From assembly GCA_045594445.1 (NCBI GenBank), contig JAZNYL010000092.1:787-64786 (forward strand): a stretch of 64,000 bases of DNA, in the 5' to 3' direction. Within the stretch, counting starts at the first letter, position 1, and each line of letters opens with the position of its first letter. This DNA comes from Eubacteriales bacterium (GTDB taxonomy: Bacteria; Bacillota; Clostridia; Oscillospirales; CAG-272). The notes beneath the pieces were generated by a model. That model made no database searches, had not been told where the DNA came from, and worked only from the letters and a program-made list of their open reading frames with translations. A program made the translations under genes and the position numbers. This document shows positions 8,695-18,166 of this stretch, piece by piece.

Positions 8695-9672
8695 TTACCA
8701 GAACTGCAGCACCTTATCTGCCAGCGTCAACACAAGCGGCAACGTGATAAGGCAAAGCATGCTGGATACACCCACGGTCTGTGAGGCGTAGCCGGGGGAG
8801 ATATCGTAGGTCTCGGAAAACATGGAAATGATGGAGGCCGTGGGCAGAGCCGTGACGGCGGTGGAAAACATGATGATGTCGTGCGAAAATCCGAGCAGCC
8901 TGCAGATCACGAATACCAAAGCGGGGATCAGTATCAGCTTGAGCAACGAGAACAGATAGATCTTGCCCGAGCAGAAAAGCTGCCTAGGGGATCTTGTTGC
9001 CAGCAAAGCACCCGTAATCAGCACCGAGATGGGCAGGCACAGAGCGGCAAGCTTGGCAAATAGCATTAAAAACGCGTCGTCAATCACAGTCCCGATCAAA
9101 GGGTTGCCCAGCACGGGATTGCGCGCCAGATACAGCACCACGCCGATCGCACAAGGGATCGAACCAAAGTTGACAAGTGCCTTTTTGGGAGTCATGCGAA
9201 TGTCGTCTCTTTTGCGCCCAAGGATCATCAGCCCCCAGATATACATAAAGATGTTGAAGCTGATCAGATAAAATGCGCCGTAGAATTTGCCGATATCACC
9301 AAACAGCGCACCCAGAATGGGAAGTCCGATAAATCCGCAGTTGGTAAAAATGAGCGAAAATTCGGTGATTTTGCGTTCATTGAGATCCTTGTACGGCAGG
9401 CAAAGCGGGAATGCCAGCAGCGCCATAAGAAAGTGCAAAAAGAATCCGATAGCAAGGATCAGAAGCCCTTGCTTCAAATTTTCATTGGTATATTCCACGT
9501 TGACAAGCGCGTCAATGATCATCATGGGCTGTCCGACCTTGATGATCAGCGTGGAGAGTCTTTTGGAGGCTGCGTCGTCGATCCAGCCGATCTTGCGGCA
9601 GAAAAAGCCCACGACCATCATCAAAAACATGACGATGATGACGACGAGCAGAGAAGTGAAGTCAAATTTCAT
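8695..9672 (-). CDS. AEC (auxin efflux carrier) family transporter
   Basis: 325-aa polytopic membrane protein. The N-terminus (LMMVVGFFCRKIGWIDDAASKRLSTLIIKVGQPMMI) is typical of AEC/malate-permease-like proteins. Confidence 0.75.
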   Translation of the reverse strand: MKFDFTSLLVVIIVMFLMMVVGFFCRKIGWIDDAASKRLSTLIIKVGQPMMIIDALVNVEYTNENLKQGLLILAIGFFLHFLMALLAFPLCLPYKDLNERKITEFSLIFTNCGFIGLPILGALFGDIGKFYGAFYLISFNIFMYIWGLMILGRKRDDIRMTPKKALVNFGSIPCAIGVVLYLARNPVLGNPLIGTVIDDAFLMLFAKLAALCLPISVLITGALLATRSPRQLFCSGKIYLFSLLKLILIPALVFVICRLLGFSHDIIMFSTAVTALPTASIISMFSETYDISPGYASQTVGVSSMLCLITLPLVLTLADKVLQFW

Positions 9673-9683
9673 ACGCTTGGTCC

Positions 9684-10244
9684 TTATTTCAAGCTATCCA
9701 GCTTCTTTTTGATTTCCTGCATATCCGCAAGCATTTCTTCCTTACGGCGCGGGTCTCGCAAAAGTGCTGCGGGGTGGTACACCGCTGTCATGACGAATTT
9801 GCCTTTTTCAAACCATACTCCGTGCTCCTTGGAGATCTTGAAGTCGGGCTTGATCAGTCGCATGGCTGCAATTCTGCCAAGACAAACAATGATCTTGGGC
9901 TTGATCAGACGAACCTGCTCGCGCAGATAGTCAAAGCATGCGTCTTCCTCTGCGGGCAGCGGATCGCGATTCTTGGGCGGACGGCACTTCAAGATATTTG
10001 CAATATACACGTCCTCGCGCGCAATATCCACGGCGTACAGATATTTATCAAGCAGTTGACCGGCTCTGCCCACAAAGGGAGTTCCGGAAAGATCCTCCTG
10101 CTCTCCGGGGGCTTCGCCCACGAAAAGAATGTCTGCTTCACGGTTTCCCGTTCCAAACACGCAATTGGTTCTCGTTTTGGCAAGCTCGCATTTCTCGCAA
10201 GCAGCACAAGACTCGTAAAGTTGATCCCAGGTCAATGGTAGCAC
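9684..10244 (-). CDS. Uracil-DNA glycosylase, family 4
   Basis: GEAPGEQEDLSGTPFVGRAGQLL motif plus an N-terminal Cys cluster (CAACEKC...C) typical of family-4 UDGs. The start is uncertain: GTG at 10244, or TTG at 10235, which is better spaced from a GAGGTG SD. Confidence 0.85.
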   Translation of the reverse strand: MLPLTWDQLYESCAACEKCELAKTRTNCVFGTGNREADILFVGEAPGEQEDLSGTPFVGRAGQLLDKYLYAVDIAREDVYIANILKCRPPKNRDPLPAEEDACFDYLREQVRLIKPKIIVCLGRIAAMRLIKPDFKISKEHGVWFEKGKFVMTAVYHPAALLRDPRRKEEMLADMQEIKKKLDSLK

Positions 10245-10304
10245 CTCGCTTTCATGCTATCATTATACCAAATACGCGCAAGGAATGCAAGAGTTTGTCA
10301 AAAA

Positions 10305-10946
10305 TTATAGTTGTGACATCATCTGCACGGCGTTATCCTTGCAGATCAGCATTCCGTATTCACTGATATAAGTCTGAATGCTTCTTGCGTTCTCCCTCAC
10401 TCCGTACTCACAAAGAAAGCAGTATTCATCGGGAGAATACAGGGATGGTGTGGAAAAATCTCGCAAAATCAGATAGTAGGTCTGCTTCTGATCTGCATAG
10501 AGCGTGCTTTTTCCCGGAAAGCCTACCGAGAAGAGTCGCTTGCATACGCTGATGAGATCTTTGAGATTGGAAAACGAATAAGCACACATATCTCGTCCGT
10601 GCCTTTCTGTTGTGCGCAACGCGCGATTTTGCAATAAGGGCGGTACTTGCGCGGGAGGAGACGGGTGCTGACTTTGCGTTGTTTCGATTGCATCCTCTTC
10701 CTCGTCCGGCTTGGAAATAAACAGCTCGCAGCCACCGTCCGCACAAGGGTACATCTGCACGTAAAGGCGCGACATATCGCCATCAAACCCGGTCTGCTCA
10801 CGCGCATCGGACAACAGCCTGCGCAAAACGCGACGCACGTGCGCGTAGGCAAAGCTGATAGAGTCGTTATGTAAGTCGTAATAGGTCATGTCCGAGGAGG
10901 TCAGCATAATTTTTAGCTTGGAATCGCTGATTTTGATCAAATCCAT
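10305..10946 (-). CDS. mecA: Adaptor protein MecA (Clp ATPase adaptor)
   Basis: The N-terminal MDLIKISDSKLKIMLTSSDM... and the ...YVQMYPCADGGCELFISK pattern are MecA-like. An acidic/Pro linker and a C-terminal domain follow. Size 213 aa. Confidence 0.7.
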   Translation of the reverse strand: MDLIKISDSKLKIMLTSSDMTYYDLHNDSISFAYAHVRRVLRRLLSDAREQTGFDGDMSRLYVQMYPCADGGCELFISKPDEEEDAIETTQSQHPSPPAQVPPLLQNRALRTTERHGRDMCAYSFSNLKDLISVCKRLFSVGFPGKSTLYADQKQTYYLILRDFSTPSLYSPDEYCFLCEYGVRENARSIQTYISEYGMLICKDNAVQMMSQL

Positions 10947-11034
10947 ATCTAAATCCTTTCAAGGTTGCGTTTCTTACTATCATTATAAGCGAAAAGCGTG
11001 CCTTTGTGTACCCCTAAAAATATGGTAATTGTGA

Positions 11035-11063
11035 TTGACGAGGCGCGCGCCTTATGGTATAAT
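11035..11063 (+). promoter_or_regulatory. Sigma-A-type promoter of the helicase gene
   Basis: TTGACG (11035-11040), a 17-nt spacer, then TATAAT (11058-11063). This places the transcription start downstream of the 10998 start in the ORF track. Confidence 0.6.
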
Positions 11064-11093
11064 AGAAATAATAAATGCAAGGGAGGTGACGGC

Positions 11094-13460
11094 ATGCGAT
11101 ATAACGAGCAAACGGGAGCGGTTGAATTGGAGCTTGGCGAGCTGTGTGCCGTTGCTTTCGGACGCACAAACTATCGCGAGGAGCCCGCGGCAGAGCTTGA
11201 GGTGGATAAGGTTACGGCGCAAAACGGCACGTATTTTGCCGACGTGCTGCTGCAGCATACCTGCCGCTTGGCAGGCGTGCTGATCAAGGTCAGCGGACAC
11301 GCACAGGGCATTGAGCTTGACGGCGAGCGTATGATCATAGATCACAGCCACCGCGCTGCAAAGCTGCCCGCAGCGGATGAGCCGATCAGCATTCCCGTGC
11401 GCCAGCGTTGCCTTGGATATTTTCTGGCCGCAGCCAAGCAGCAAGAGCGCGTCACGCTACGCAGAATTACGGTAACGGGGACGGGTGAGAGCACGAGCGG
11501 AGAGTTTACTTACACCGCACAAACGCTCAAGGAGGAATATACCTCCATTCTTTCGCGCGCCATGCCTTATATTGAAAATTGCGTGGAGCAAAACCGTGAA
11601 GTCAAGACCCGCGCAGCTACGCTTGCGTTTCCGTATCCCGAGATCCGCGAAGGACAAGAGGAATTCATGCGCGAGTGTTATCGAGATATCATGCACGGCG
11701 GACGCTTATTTATTCAAGCACCCACAGGCATTGGCAAAACCATTTCCACCATGTATCCCGCCGTACGCGCCATGGGAAAAGGGAAATGCGATAAGATCTT
11801 TTATCTCACGGCAAAATCCAGCACGCGCCGCGAGGCGTTTGCTGCGGCCAAGCGGCTGTTTGACGCAGGTGCACCCTTGCGTACCATCGTGCTTTCCGCA
11901 AAGGAGCAGATGTGTCCGGCTGAACGCTTTACGCACCGCACCTGTAAGCATGAGTGCCCGCGCAGCCTGTCGCATACCAAGATCATGCAGGCCATCTCCG
12001 AGCTGTTGACTTTCCAGAACTGTTATACCTCGGCACATATTCGTCAGGTGGCCGAAAAATACGGCGTATGTCCGTACGAATTATCGCTTGATCTGTCCGA
12101 ATTTTGCAGTATTATCATCTGCGACTACAATTACGTGTATAACCCTGCCGTCAAGCTGCGCAGATACTTCGTGGAAAATAACGGGAAATACGTACTTCTT
12201 GTCGATGAAGCGCATAACCTGACGGATAGAGCGAGAGATATGTTTTCCAGCAATTTAAGCAATACGGATTTTGCAACCGTGCTACAAATGCTGCACGAGT
12301 CCGAGCCTTTGTATAAAAAGCTCAAGCAGAGCATGGAGGTTTTTAAAACGGTCAAACGCTATTGCCGCGACACGATGCAAAAGGGCTCTGACGGCCTGGA
12401 ATACGGCTATTATTTCTCGCGTGAGCCATTGGACGAGGTCAACGAGCCTTTGTCAACGCTTGCGTCCGGCGTCGAGAAATGGCTGAAAAATCACACTTAT
12501 GATGCACTTTATGACTGTATAGAAGTCTTTTATACAAACCTGCGCGCTTATTGCGCGACGGCAGAGCTTTACGACGTCGGCTTTGTGACCTATCTGACCG
12601 TGCAGGGCGATGAGATCACACTCAAGCAGCTTTGTCTGGATCCCAGCCGACAGCTGGAAGCTTGCCACGATAAGGCAGAATCCGTGATCATGTTCTCGGC
12701 CACGCTGACGCCACCAAGCTATTTTGCGCAAACGCTGGGCGGCGGCAAGCACGCTGTCTCGGTCAATTTTCCGTCTCCCTTTCCGCGTGAGAATCTTTGC
12801 GTGGCTGTGGCGGATGGAATCAGCACAAAATTTGAGGACAGAGAGAAATCCGTCAAAAAAACCGCCTCATATATTGCGGCATCCGTATGCGGTAAGGTAG
12901 GGAATTACATGGTGTATTTCCCGTCATATTCCTACATGGAAAAGGTGGTTGCCGCATTTACCAAACGCTATCCCGACGTGCCGATTTTGGTACAGAAGCG
13001 GGGCATGACGCAGCAGCAAAAGGAACAATTCCTGGACGCATTCTGCGCGGATAACCCCGGCATGCTGATCGGCTTTTGCGTGTTGGGCGGCTCGTTCTCA
13101 GAGGGCGTGGATCTTCCGGGCGGCAGGTTGATCGGCAGCATCATAGTGGGCGTTGGCATCCCCGGACTGTCGGACGAGCGAAACATCATTCGCGACTATT
13201 ACGCCGATCAAAACGGCATGGGCTACGAATATGCTTACGTTTACCCCGGCATGAATCACGTGTTGCAGGCAGCAGGGCGCGTCATACGTACCGACACCGA
13301 CCGTGGCATTGTGGTACTGCTTGATCAAAGATATGCCGAGCCGCGCTATACAGAGCTGTTCCCACCGCATTGGGATGACGTTCGTTTTGCAAGCGACGCG
13401 CAATCTCTTGCAAAAACAGTGGCGGAATTTTGGGAAAGCAGACAAAATCACGATAAATAA
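11094..13460 (+). CDS. ATP-dependent DNA helicase, XPD/DinG (Rad3) family, with an extra N-terminal domain of about 190 aa
   Basis: Motif I QAPTGIGKT, DEAH box (LLVDEAHNL), an Fe-S-type Cys set (CPAERF...CKHEC...CPYE) and a C-terminal VLQAAGRVIR motif. I chose the ATG at 11094 behind GGGAGG, downstream of the predicted promoter. Confidence 0.8.
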   Translation: MRYNEQTGAVELELGELCAVAFGRTNYREEPAAELEVDKVTAQNGTYFADVLLQHTCRLAGVLIKVSGHAQGIELDGERMIIDHSHRAAKLPAADEPISIPVRQRCLGYFLAAAKQQERVTLRRITVTGTGESTSGEFTYTAQTLKEEYTSILSRAMPYIENCVEQNREVKTRAATLAFPYPEIREGQEEFMRECYRDIMHGGRLFIQAPTGIGKTISTMYPAVRAMGKGKCDKIFYLTAKSSTRREAFAAAKRLFDAGAPLRTIVLSAKEQMCPAERFTHRTCKHECPRSLSHTKIMQAISELLTFQNCYTSAHIRQVAEKYGVCPYELSLDLSEFCSIIICDYNYVYNPAVKLRRYFVENNGKYVLLVDEAHNLTDRARDMFSSNLSNTDFATVLQMLHESEPLYKKLKQSMEVFKTVKRYCRDTMQKGSDGLEYGYYFSREPLDEVNEPLSTLASGVEKWLKNHTYDALYDCIEVFYTNLRAYCATAELYDVGFVTYLTVQGDEITLKQLCLDPSRQLEACHDKAESVIMFSATLTPPSYFAQTLGGGKHAVSVNFPSPFPRENLCVAVADGISTKFEDREKSVKKTASYIAASVCGKVGNYMVYFPSYSYMEKVVAAFTKRYPDVPILVQKRGMTQQQKEQFLDAFCADNPGMLIGFCVLGGSFSEGVDLPGGRLIGSIIVGVGIPGLSDERNIIRDYYADQNGMGYEYAYVYPGMNHVLQAAGRVIRTDTDRGIVVLLDQRYAEPRYTELFPPHWDDVRFASDAQSLAKTVAEFWESRQNHDK

Positions 13461-13494
13461 TGCAATAATTCTTGAAAATTATTCAAAATACCTA

Positions 13495-13523
13495 TTGCAA
13501 AATCATAAGCTCCGTGGTATAAT
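13495..13523 (+). promoter_or_regulatory. Sigma-A-type promoter of the aminotransferase gene
   Basis: TTGCAA (13495-13500), a 17-nt spacer, then TATAAT (13518-13523). Confidence 0.55.
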
Positions 13524-13559
13524 ATGTGAGTTGAATTGAAATAGGAGTTAATTACTGAC

Positions 13560-14840
13560 ATGCATTATACAGATATGAGCAAGCAGGCGCTGCTTGCCGA
13601 ATACCAATCCTTACAAAAGGAATACGAACAGATCAAGACCAAGGGCCTCTCCCTTGACCTCTCAAGAGGCAAGCCCTGCACGGAGCAGCTGGACATGATC
13701 GACGGATTGCTCACCTGCATTGATCGCAGTTCATGCTTTTCCGAGAGTGGCTTTGACTGCCGCAATTACGGCATGCTGGACGGCGTGCCCGAGGCAAAAA
13801 AGCTGTTTGGCGATCTGCTTGGCATCCCCGCTTCCAGTATTTTCGTAGCAGGCAACTCGTCCCTGACCTTGATGTACGATACCATGTGCCGCTGCATGCT
13901 GTACGGCACGGCAACCGAGGGCTCGACTCCTTGGTGCAAGCTGGATCAGATCAAGTTTTTGTGTCCGTCTCCCGGCTACGATCGCCACTTTGCGATCTGC
14001 GAAAAGATGGGTATTGAAATGATCACCATTCCCATGCTTGAAACCGGTCCCGATATGGACATGGTTGAGGAATTGGTTGCAAATGACGCATCCATCAAGG
14101 GTATCTGGTGCAACCCCAAGTATTCCAATCCCGACGGTTATATCTATTCCGACGAAACTGTGGAAAGACTTGCAAGCATGAAGACCGCAGCCCCCGATTT
14201 CCGTATCTTTTGGGATAACGCATACGTCGTCCATGCGCTGTACGGACAGGAGGACCACTTGGCCGACATTTTCTCGCTCTGCCGCAAGTACGGCAACGAG
14301 GACAGAATCTTCTATTTTGCCTCCACCTCCAAGATCACCTATCCCGGTGCAGGCGTTGCCGTGATGGCTATGTCTGATGCGAACTTAGACCACGCCAAGA
14401 AGGAAATGACCGTTCAGACCATCAGCTATAACAAGCTCAACCAGCTGCGGCACGTCAAGTACTTTGGTACTGCCGAGAACGTCAAGGCCATCATGCAAAA
14501 GCAGGCAGCCATTCTGCGTCCTCGCTTTGCAATCGTCAAGGAGACGCTGGAGCGCGATCTCGGTGGCAAGGGCATTGCACGCTGGACAGACCCCAAGGGC
14601 GGCTATTTCGTCAGCCTGTACGTTATGTCCGGGACGGCCAAGAGAGCTGGAGAGCTTGCAAAAGAGGCAGGCGTGGTGCTGACAAAGGTAGGAGCAACCT
14701 ATCCTTACGGTAAGGACCCTGCCGACTCCAACATCCGTATCGCACCCACCTATCCGTCCATTCCCGAGCTGACCGATGCTATGAACGTGCTGACCGTTTG
14801 CGTCAGACTCGCAGCACTTGAAAAGCTTCTTGCAGAATAA
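13560..14840 (+). CDS. PLP-dependent aminotransferase (class I/II fold, aspartate-aminotransferase-like)
   Basis: 426-aa ORF. A candidate PLP-lysine context is STSKITYPGAG. The N-terminal SLDLSRGKP...QLD motif is typical of this clostridial aminotransferase family. Confidence 0.75.
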   Translation: MHYTDMSKQALLAEYQSLQKEYEQIKTKGLSLDLSRGKPCTEQLDMIDGLLTCIDRSSCFSESGFDCRNYGMLDGVPEAKKLFGDLLGIPASSIFVAGNSSLTLMYDTMCRCMLYGTATEGSTPWCKLDQIKFLCPSPGYDRHFAICEKMGIEMITIPMLETGPDMDMVEELVANDASIKGIWCNPKYSNPDGYIYSDETVERLASMKTAAPDFRIFWDNAYVVHALYGQEDHLADIFSLCRKYGNEDRIFYFASTSKITYPGAGVAVMAMSDANLDHAKKEMTVQTISYNKLNQLRHVKYFGTAENVKAIMQKQAAILRPRFAIVKETLERDLGGKGIARWTDPKGGYFVSLYVMSGTAKRAGELAKEAGVVLTKVGATYPYGKDPADSNIRIAPTYPSIPELTDAMNVLTVCVRLAALEKLLAE

Positions 14841-14849
14841 TATTGGTAG

Positions 14850-14885
14850 AGAGAATCCCCGCCCAGCGGGGATTCTCTTTTTTTA
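14850..14885 (+). terminator. Rho-independent terminator
   Basis: AGAGAATCCCCGC-cca-GCGGGGATTCTCT followed by a T-run. Confidence 0.85.
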
Positions 14886-14914
14886 TTGACATTGCAAAAT
14901 ATTTCCTGTATAAT
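14886..14914 (+). promoter_or_regulatory. Consensus sigma-A promoter
   Basis: Perfect TTGACA (14886-14891), a 17-nt spacer, then perfect TATAAT (14909-14914). Confidence 0.7.
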
Positions 14915-14937
14915 AAAACCAAAGTGAGGTGATGGGC

Positions 14938-15933
14938 ATGGGCAAAAAGGTCACGCAGGCGGCAAGCAATCCGTTTGCGTATAGCGATACCAATAAGCGC
15001 TACTATACCTACGACTATTTTCTTAAGCGCACCTTTGGCGGTAAGGTTGCCAAGCTGCCCATTGACGCGGGCTTTACATGTCCGAATATTGACGGCAAAT
15101 GCGCGCACGGCGGCTGCATTTATTGCTCGGATAAGGGAAGCGGGGATTTCGCACCGCCACCCGACGTGCCGATCCTTGAGCAGATGGAGCGATCTCATGC
15201 GTTGATCAGCGGAAAATGGAAGACCGAAAAGGTTATCCCGTATTTCCAGGCGCACACAAACACCTATGCACCGCTGAAGATCTTGCGCGAAAAATACGAG
15301 CAAGCACTCGCATACCCGGGCGTGGTGGGGCTGAATATCGCGACGCGTGCCGATTGCCTCCCGCCGGACGTGGTCGCGTATCTATCCGAGCTTGCAAAGC
15401 GCACCTATTTGACGGTTGAGCTTGGCTTGCAAAGCTCCGACGACCAAACCGCAGCACTGATCAATCGCGGACACGATTTTTCCGCCTTTGTAAAAGGCTA
15501 CCGCGCCCTGCGCGCAGCAAGTCCGGATATTCACATCTGCATTCATTTGATCCTCGGCCTGCCCGGAGAGAACGAGCAGGAAATGCTGCAGAGTGTGCGC
15601 GACGTGGCAAAATTGCACCCCGACCAGGTCAAGCTGCATCTCTTGCATGTGATCAAAAACACCGTCATGGCCGATATGTACCTTGCGGGTGAATACGAGC
15701 CCATGACGCAGCAGACGTATACCGAAATTGTGGCCAAGGCGTTGACTCTGCTGCCGGCGGACACCGTGATCGCACGCCTGACGGGTGATGGCGCGCCGGA
15801 CGCACTGCTTGCCCCCGACTGGAGCAGGCGTAAAACGGCCGTGGTCAACGACGTGGACAAAATTCTGTACCAAAATGACCTGTACCAAGGAAAATATTAT
15901 AAATCGGAGGTAGATCATGTTTCTCAAGGCTAA
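14938..15933 (+). CDS. TIGR01212-family radical SAM protein
   Basis: CPNIDGKCAHGGCIYCS cluster, followed by the FQAHTNTYAP and ELGLQS blocks characteristic of the YhcC/TIGR01212 family. I chose the ATG at 14938, 7 nt after GAGGTG. Confidence 0.85.
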   Translation: MGKKVTQAASNPFAYSDTNKRYYTYDYFLKRTFGGKVAKLPIDAGFTCPNIDGKCAHGGCIYCSDKGSGDFAPPPDVPILEQMERSHALISGKWKTEKVIPYFQAHTNTYAPLKILREKYEQALAYPGVVGLNIATRADCLPPDVVAYLSELAKRTYLTVELGLQSSDDQTAALINRGHDFSAFVKGYRALRAASPDIHICIHLILGLPGENEQEMLQSVRDVAKLHPDQVKLHLLHVIKNTVMADMYLAGEYEPMTQQTYTEIVAKALTLLPADTVIARLTGDGAPDALLAPDWSRRKTAVVNDVDKILYQNDLYQGKYYKSEVDHVSQG

Positions 15934-18013
15934 ATGGATCTGGAAGGCAGGGGAGATCCTGTCGGATGAATTTGCGGATTTCGTTGCGGAATTTGTCGCG
16001 AGCGGTGAAGCACCCTACACGCTGACAATTGCTGCGGACTCCAATTATACCGTGTATATAAACGGCGAGCTTGCAGCCTTTGGCCAGTACGCCGACTATC
16101 CGACCTACAAGATCTGTGACCGTGTGGATGTCACCAAGCTTGTCAAGGCGGGAAAGAACCGACTGGCAGTCGTGGTCTGGTATTACGGTGACGATACCCA
16201 AACCTATATTCACGGCGAGCCCGGTGTGATCTTTGAGATACGCGAGCAGGATGCGCCAATTTGCTACTCCGATGAAAGTACGCTTTCGCGGCTGTCGCGC
16301 GACTATATTTCTCACGTCAGACAGCTGATCTCGGGGCAGCTGGGCTATACCTATCACTACGATGCTACCGCATACGATGGCTTTATTGAGCAGGACGCGA
16401 CCGACAGCTTTGCGCCAAGCGTGCTCATGCCCATGATTTCAACCGATTTTACTCTGCGTCCGATCAAGATGCTGGAGCTTGCTCCGAGAACACAAGCGCA
16501 GATGTGTATGCAAGGCCTTTTTGATTACGTGGAAAAGCAGCATACAAGCCCTGATAAGATGATGCAGCACGCAGCGCTTCGCCATCGCTATCCCGAGCAG
16601 ATCTCGGATATGCGCGGATTTTTCGGCTTTGATAAGCCTGTGAATTTCAAAACAGAGGACGCGGCACAGGGCATCTTCTTTGTTGTGGATCTCGGACAGG
16701 AGTGGGCGGGATTCCTTGATTTTGATATTGAAGTTCCGTATGATTGCCGCATTGATATCGGCTACGGCGAGCATCTGGCAGACGGCAGATGCCGCACCTC
16801 GGTACGCGGCTTCTCGGCAGATTATAAAGCAAAAAAGGGAAGAAACCAATACATGCACACGTTCCGTCGCTTTGGCTGCAGATACGTGCAGTTCTTTGTT
16901 CACGCCACCGAATTCACCGTGCATTACGCAGGTCTGAGGCCTACGCTGTATCCCGTGACCGCCAAGAAATTTGATAAGGGAAACCTGCTGCAGAACACTA
17001 TCTACGAGGTCTGCACAAACACGCTGATCCAATGCATGCACGAGCACTACGAGGATTGCCCCTGGAGAGAGCAGGCGCTCTATTGTATGGACTCGCGCAA
17101 TCAAATGCTGTGTGGCTATTATGCTTTTGGCGAAAAGGAATTTCCACGCGCCAACCTCAAGCTGATCTCCAAGGGCTTGCGCCCCGACGGTATTTTGACG
17201 CTTTGTTATCCAGCGGGCAAGGATTTTCCCATTCCTTCATTTTCTACCGTATATTTTATTCAGATGCAGGAATATATCGAGCACACGGGCGACGTTACGC
17301 TGGCAGAGGAATGCTATCCCGTTCTGGATACCATCATCCATACCTTTATAGGGAAACTGCAGGACAGCGGCCTGATCGAGAATTTCTACGGTGAGGGAGG
17401 CTACTGGAACTTCTACGAGTGGAGCCCCGGCATGAACGGCCACTTCTTTGAAAAGGTGCGCAGCATGGAGTGTCCCATCAACGCATTCTTCTCGCTTGCT
17501 CTGCAGAGCATGACCAAGATCTGCGATGCGCTGGGTAAGACCCGGGAGGCAGAGGAGTACAGCGAGCTTTCCAAGAGTGTCAACGCTGCAATCGCAAAAG
17601 AGTTCTACAACCCCGAAACCAAGCTTTTTGAGTCGTTTGACAATCGCTGCAGAGGAGAATACAGCGTACTGACCAACGCGCTTTGCATGCTGTGCGGTGC
17701 TGCCGATACGGTGGACAAGACCAATATTCTTCGTATTCTCGCAACCAACGGGAAAGACAACTGTGGATACACAGTACATCCCAATACACTTAGCATGAAC
17801 TCCTTCCGCTTTGACGCGCTGCTGGCATACGACAGGGAAGCGTACGCTAAGGTGATCATCGAAGAGATCGATCGCGACTATTTCTATATGCTGCGTAACG
17901 GTGCAACTACCTTCTGGGAGACCATCATTGGCCTTTCCGATTTCGGACACGCCGCAAGCCTGTGTCACGGTTGGAGCGCTTTGCCGATCTACTACTACGA
18001 AATACTGCTCTAA
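15917..18013 (+). CDS. GH78-like (alpha-L-rhamnosidase-like) six-hairpin glycoside hydrolase, cytoplasmic
   Basis: 698-aa ORF with no signal peptide. The N-terminal AKWIW..., the TLTIAADSNYTVYINGE block and the C-terminal ASLCHGWSALPIYYY are typical of bacterial rhamnosidase-like proteins. It overlaps the upstream gene by 17 nt, with a GGAGG SD. Confidence 0.55.
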   Translation: MFLKAKWIWKAGEILSDEFADFVAEFVASGEAPYTLTIAADSNYTVYINGELAAFGQYADYPTYKICDRVDVTKLVKAGKNRLAVVVWYYGDDTQTYIHGEPGVIFEIREQDAPICYSDESTLSRLSRDYISHVRQLISGQLGYTYHYDATAYDGFIEQDATDSFAPSVLMPMISTDFTLRPIKMLELAPRTQAQMCMQGLFDYVEKQHTSPDKMMQHAALRHRYPEQISDMRGFFGFDKPVNFKTEDAAQGIFFVVDLGQEWAGFLDFDIEVPYDCRIDIGYGEHLADGRCRTSVRGFSADYKAKKGRNQYMHTFRRFGCRYVQFFVHATEFTVHYAGLRPTLYPVTAKKFDKGNLLQNTIYEVCTNTLIQCMHEHYEDCPWREQALYCMDSRNQMLCGYYAFGEKEFPRANLKLISKGLRPDGILTLCYPAGKDFPIPSFSTVYFIQMQEYIEHTGDVTLAEECYPVLDTIIHTFIGKLQDSGLIENFYGEGGYWNFYEWSPGMNGHFFEKVRSMECPINAFFSLALQSMTKICDALGKTREAEEYSELSKSVNAAIAKEFYNPETKLFESFDNRCRGEYSVLTNALCMLCGAADTVDKTNILRILATNGKDNCGYTVHPNTLSMNSFRFDALLAYDREAYAKVIIEEIDRDYFYMLRNGATTFWETIIGLSDFGHAASLCHGWSALPIYYYEILL

Positions 18014-18084
18014 AGTGAAATTTGAGTGAACAAGATTTGTGCAATAATACCAGTAAATGAGGGAATATTTCGTAAATGTGCCTA

Positions 18085-18113
18085 TTTACGGAATTCGGGT
18101 TTTGTGCTATAAT
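18085..18113 (+). promoter_or_regulatory. Sigma-A-type promoter of paralogue 1
   Basis: TTTACG (18085-18090), a 17-nt spacer, then TATAAT (18108-18113) with a TG extension (gTGcTATAAT). Confidence 0.65.
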
Positions 18114-18166
18114 AATACTGCGCATGTATGCGACACCAAAACTATTTTTCAAAGGAGATTTTCATC

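Noticed and set aside
9684-13460. UDG + MecA + large helicase cluster, considered as a possible defence or mobile island
   Set aside because: No integrase, recombinase, flanking repeats, restriction/modification, toxin or abortive-infection-like genes are present. All three genes are common housekeeping genes, and codon usage does not look anomalous by eye.
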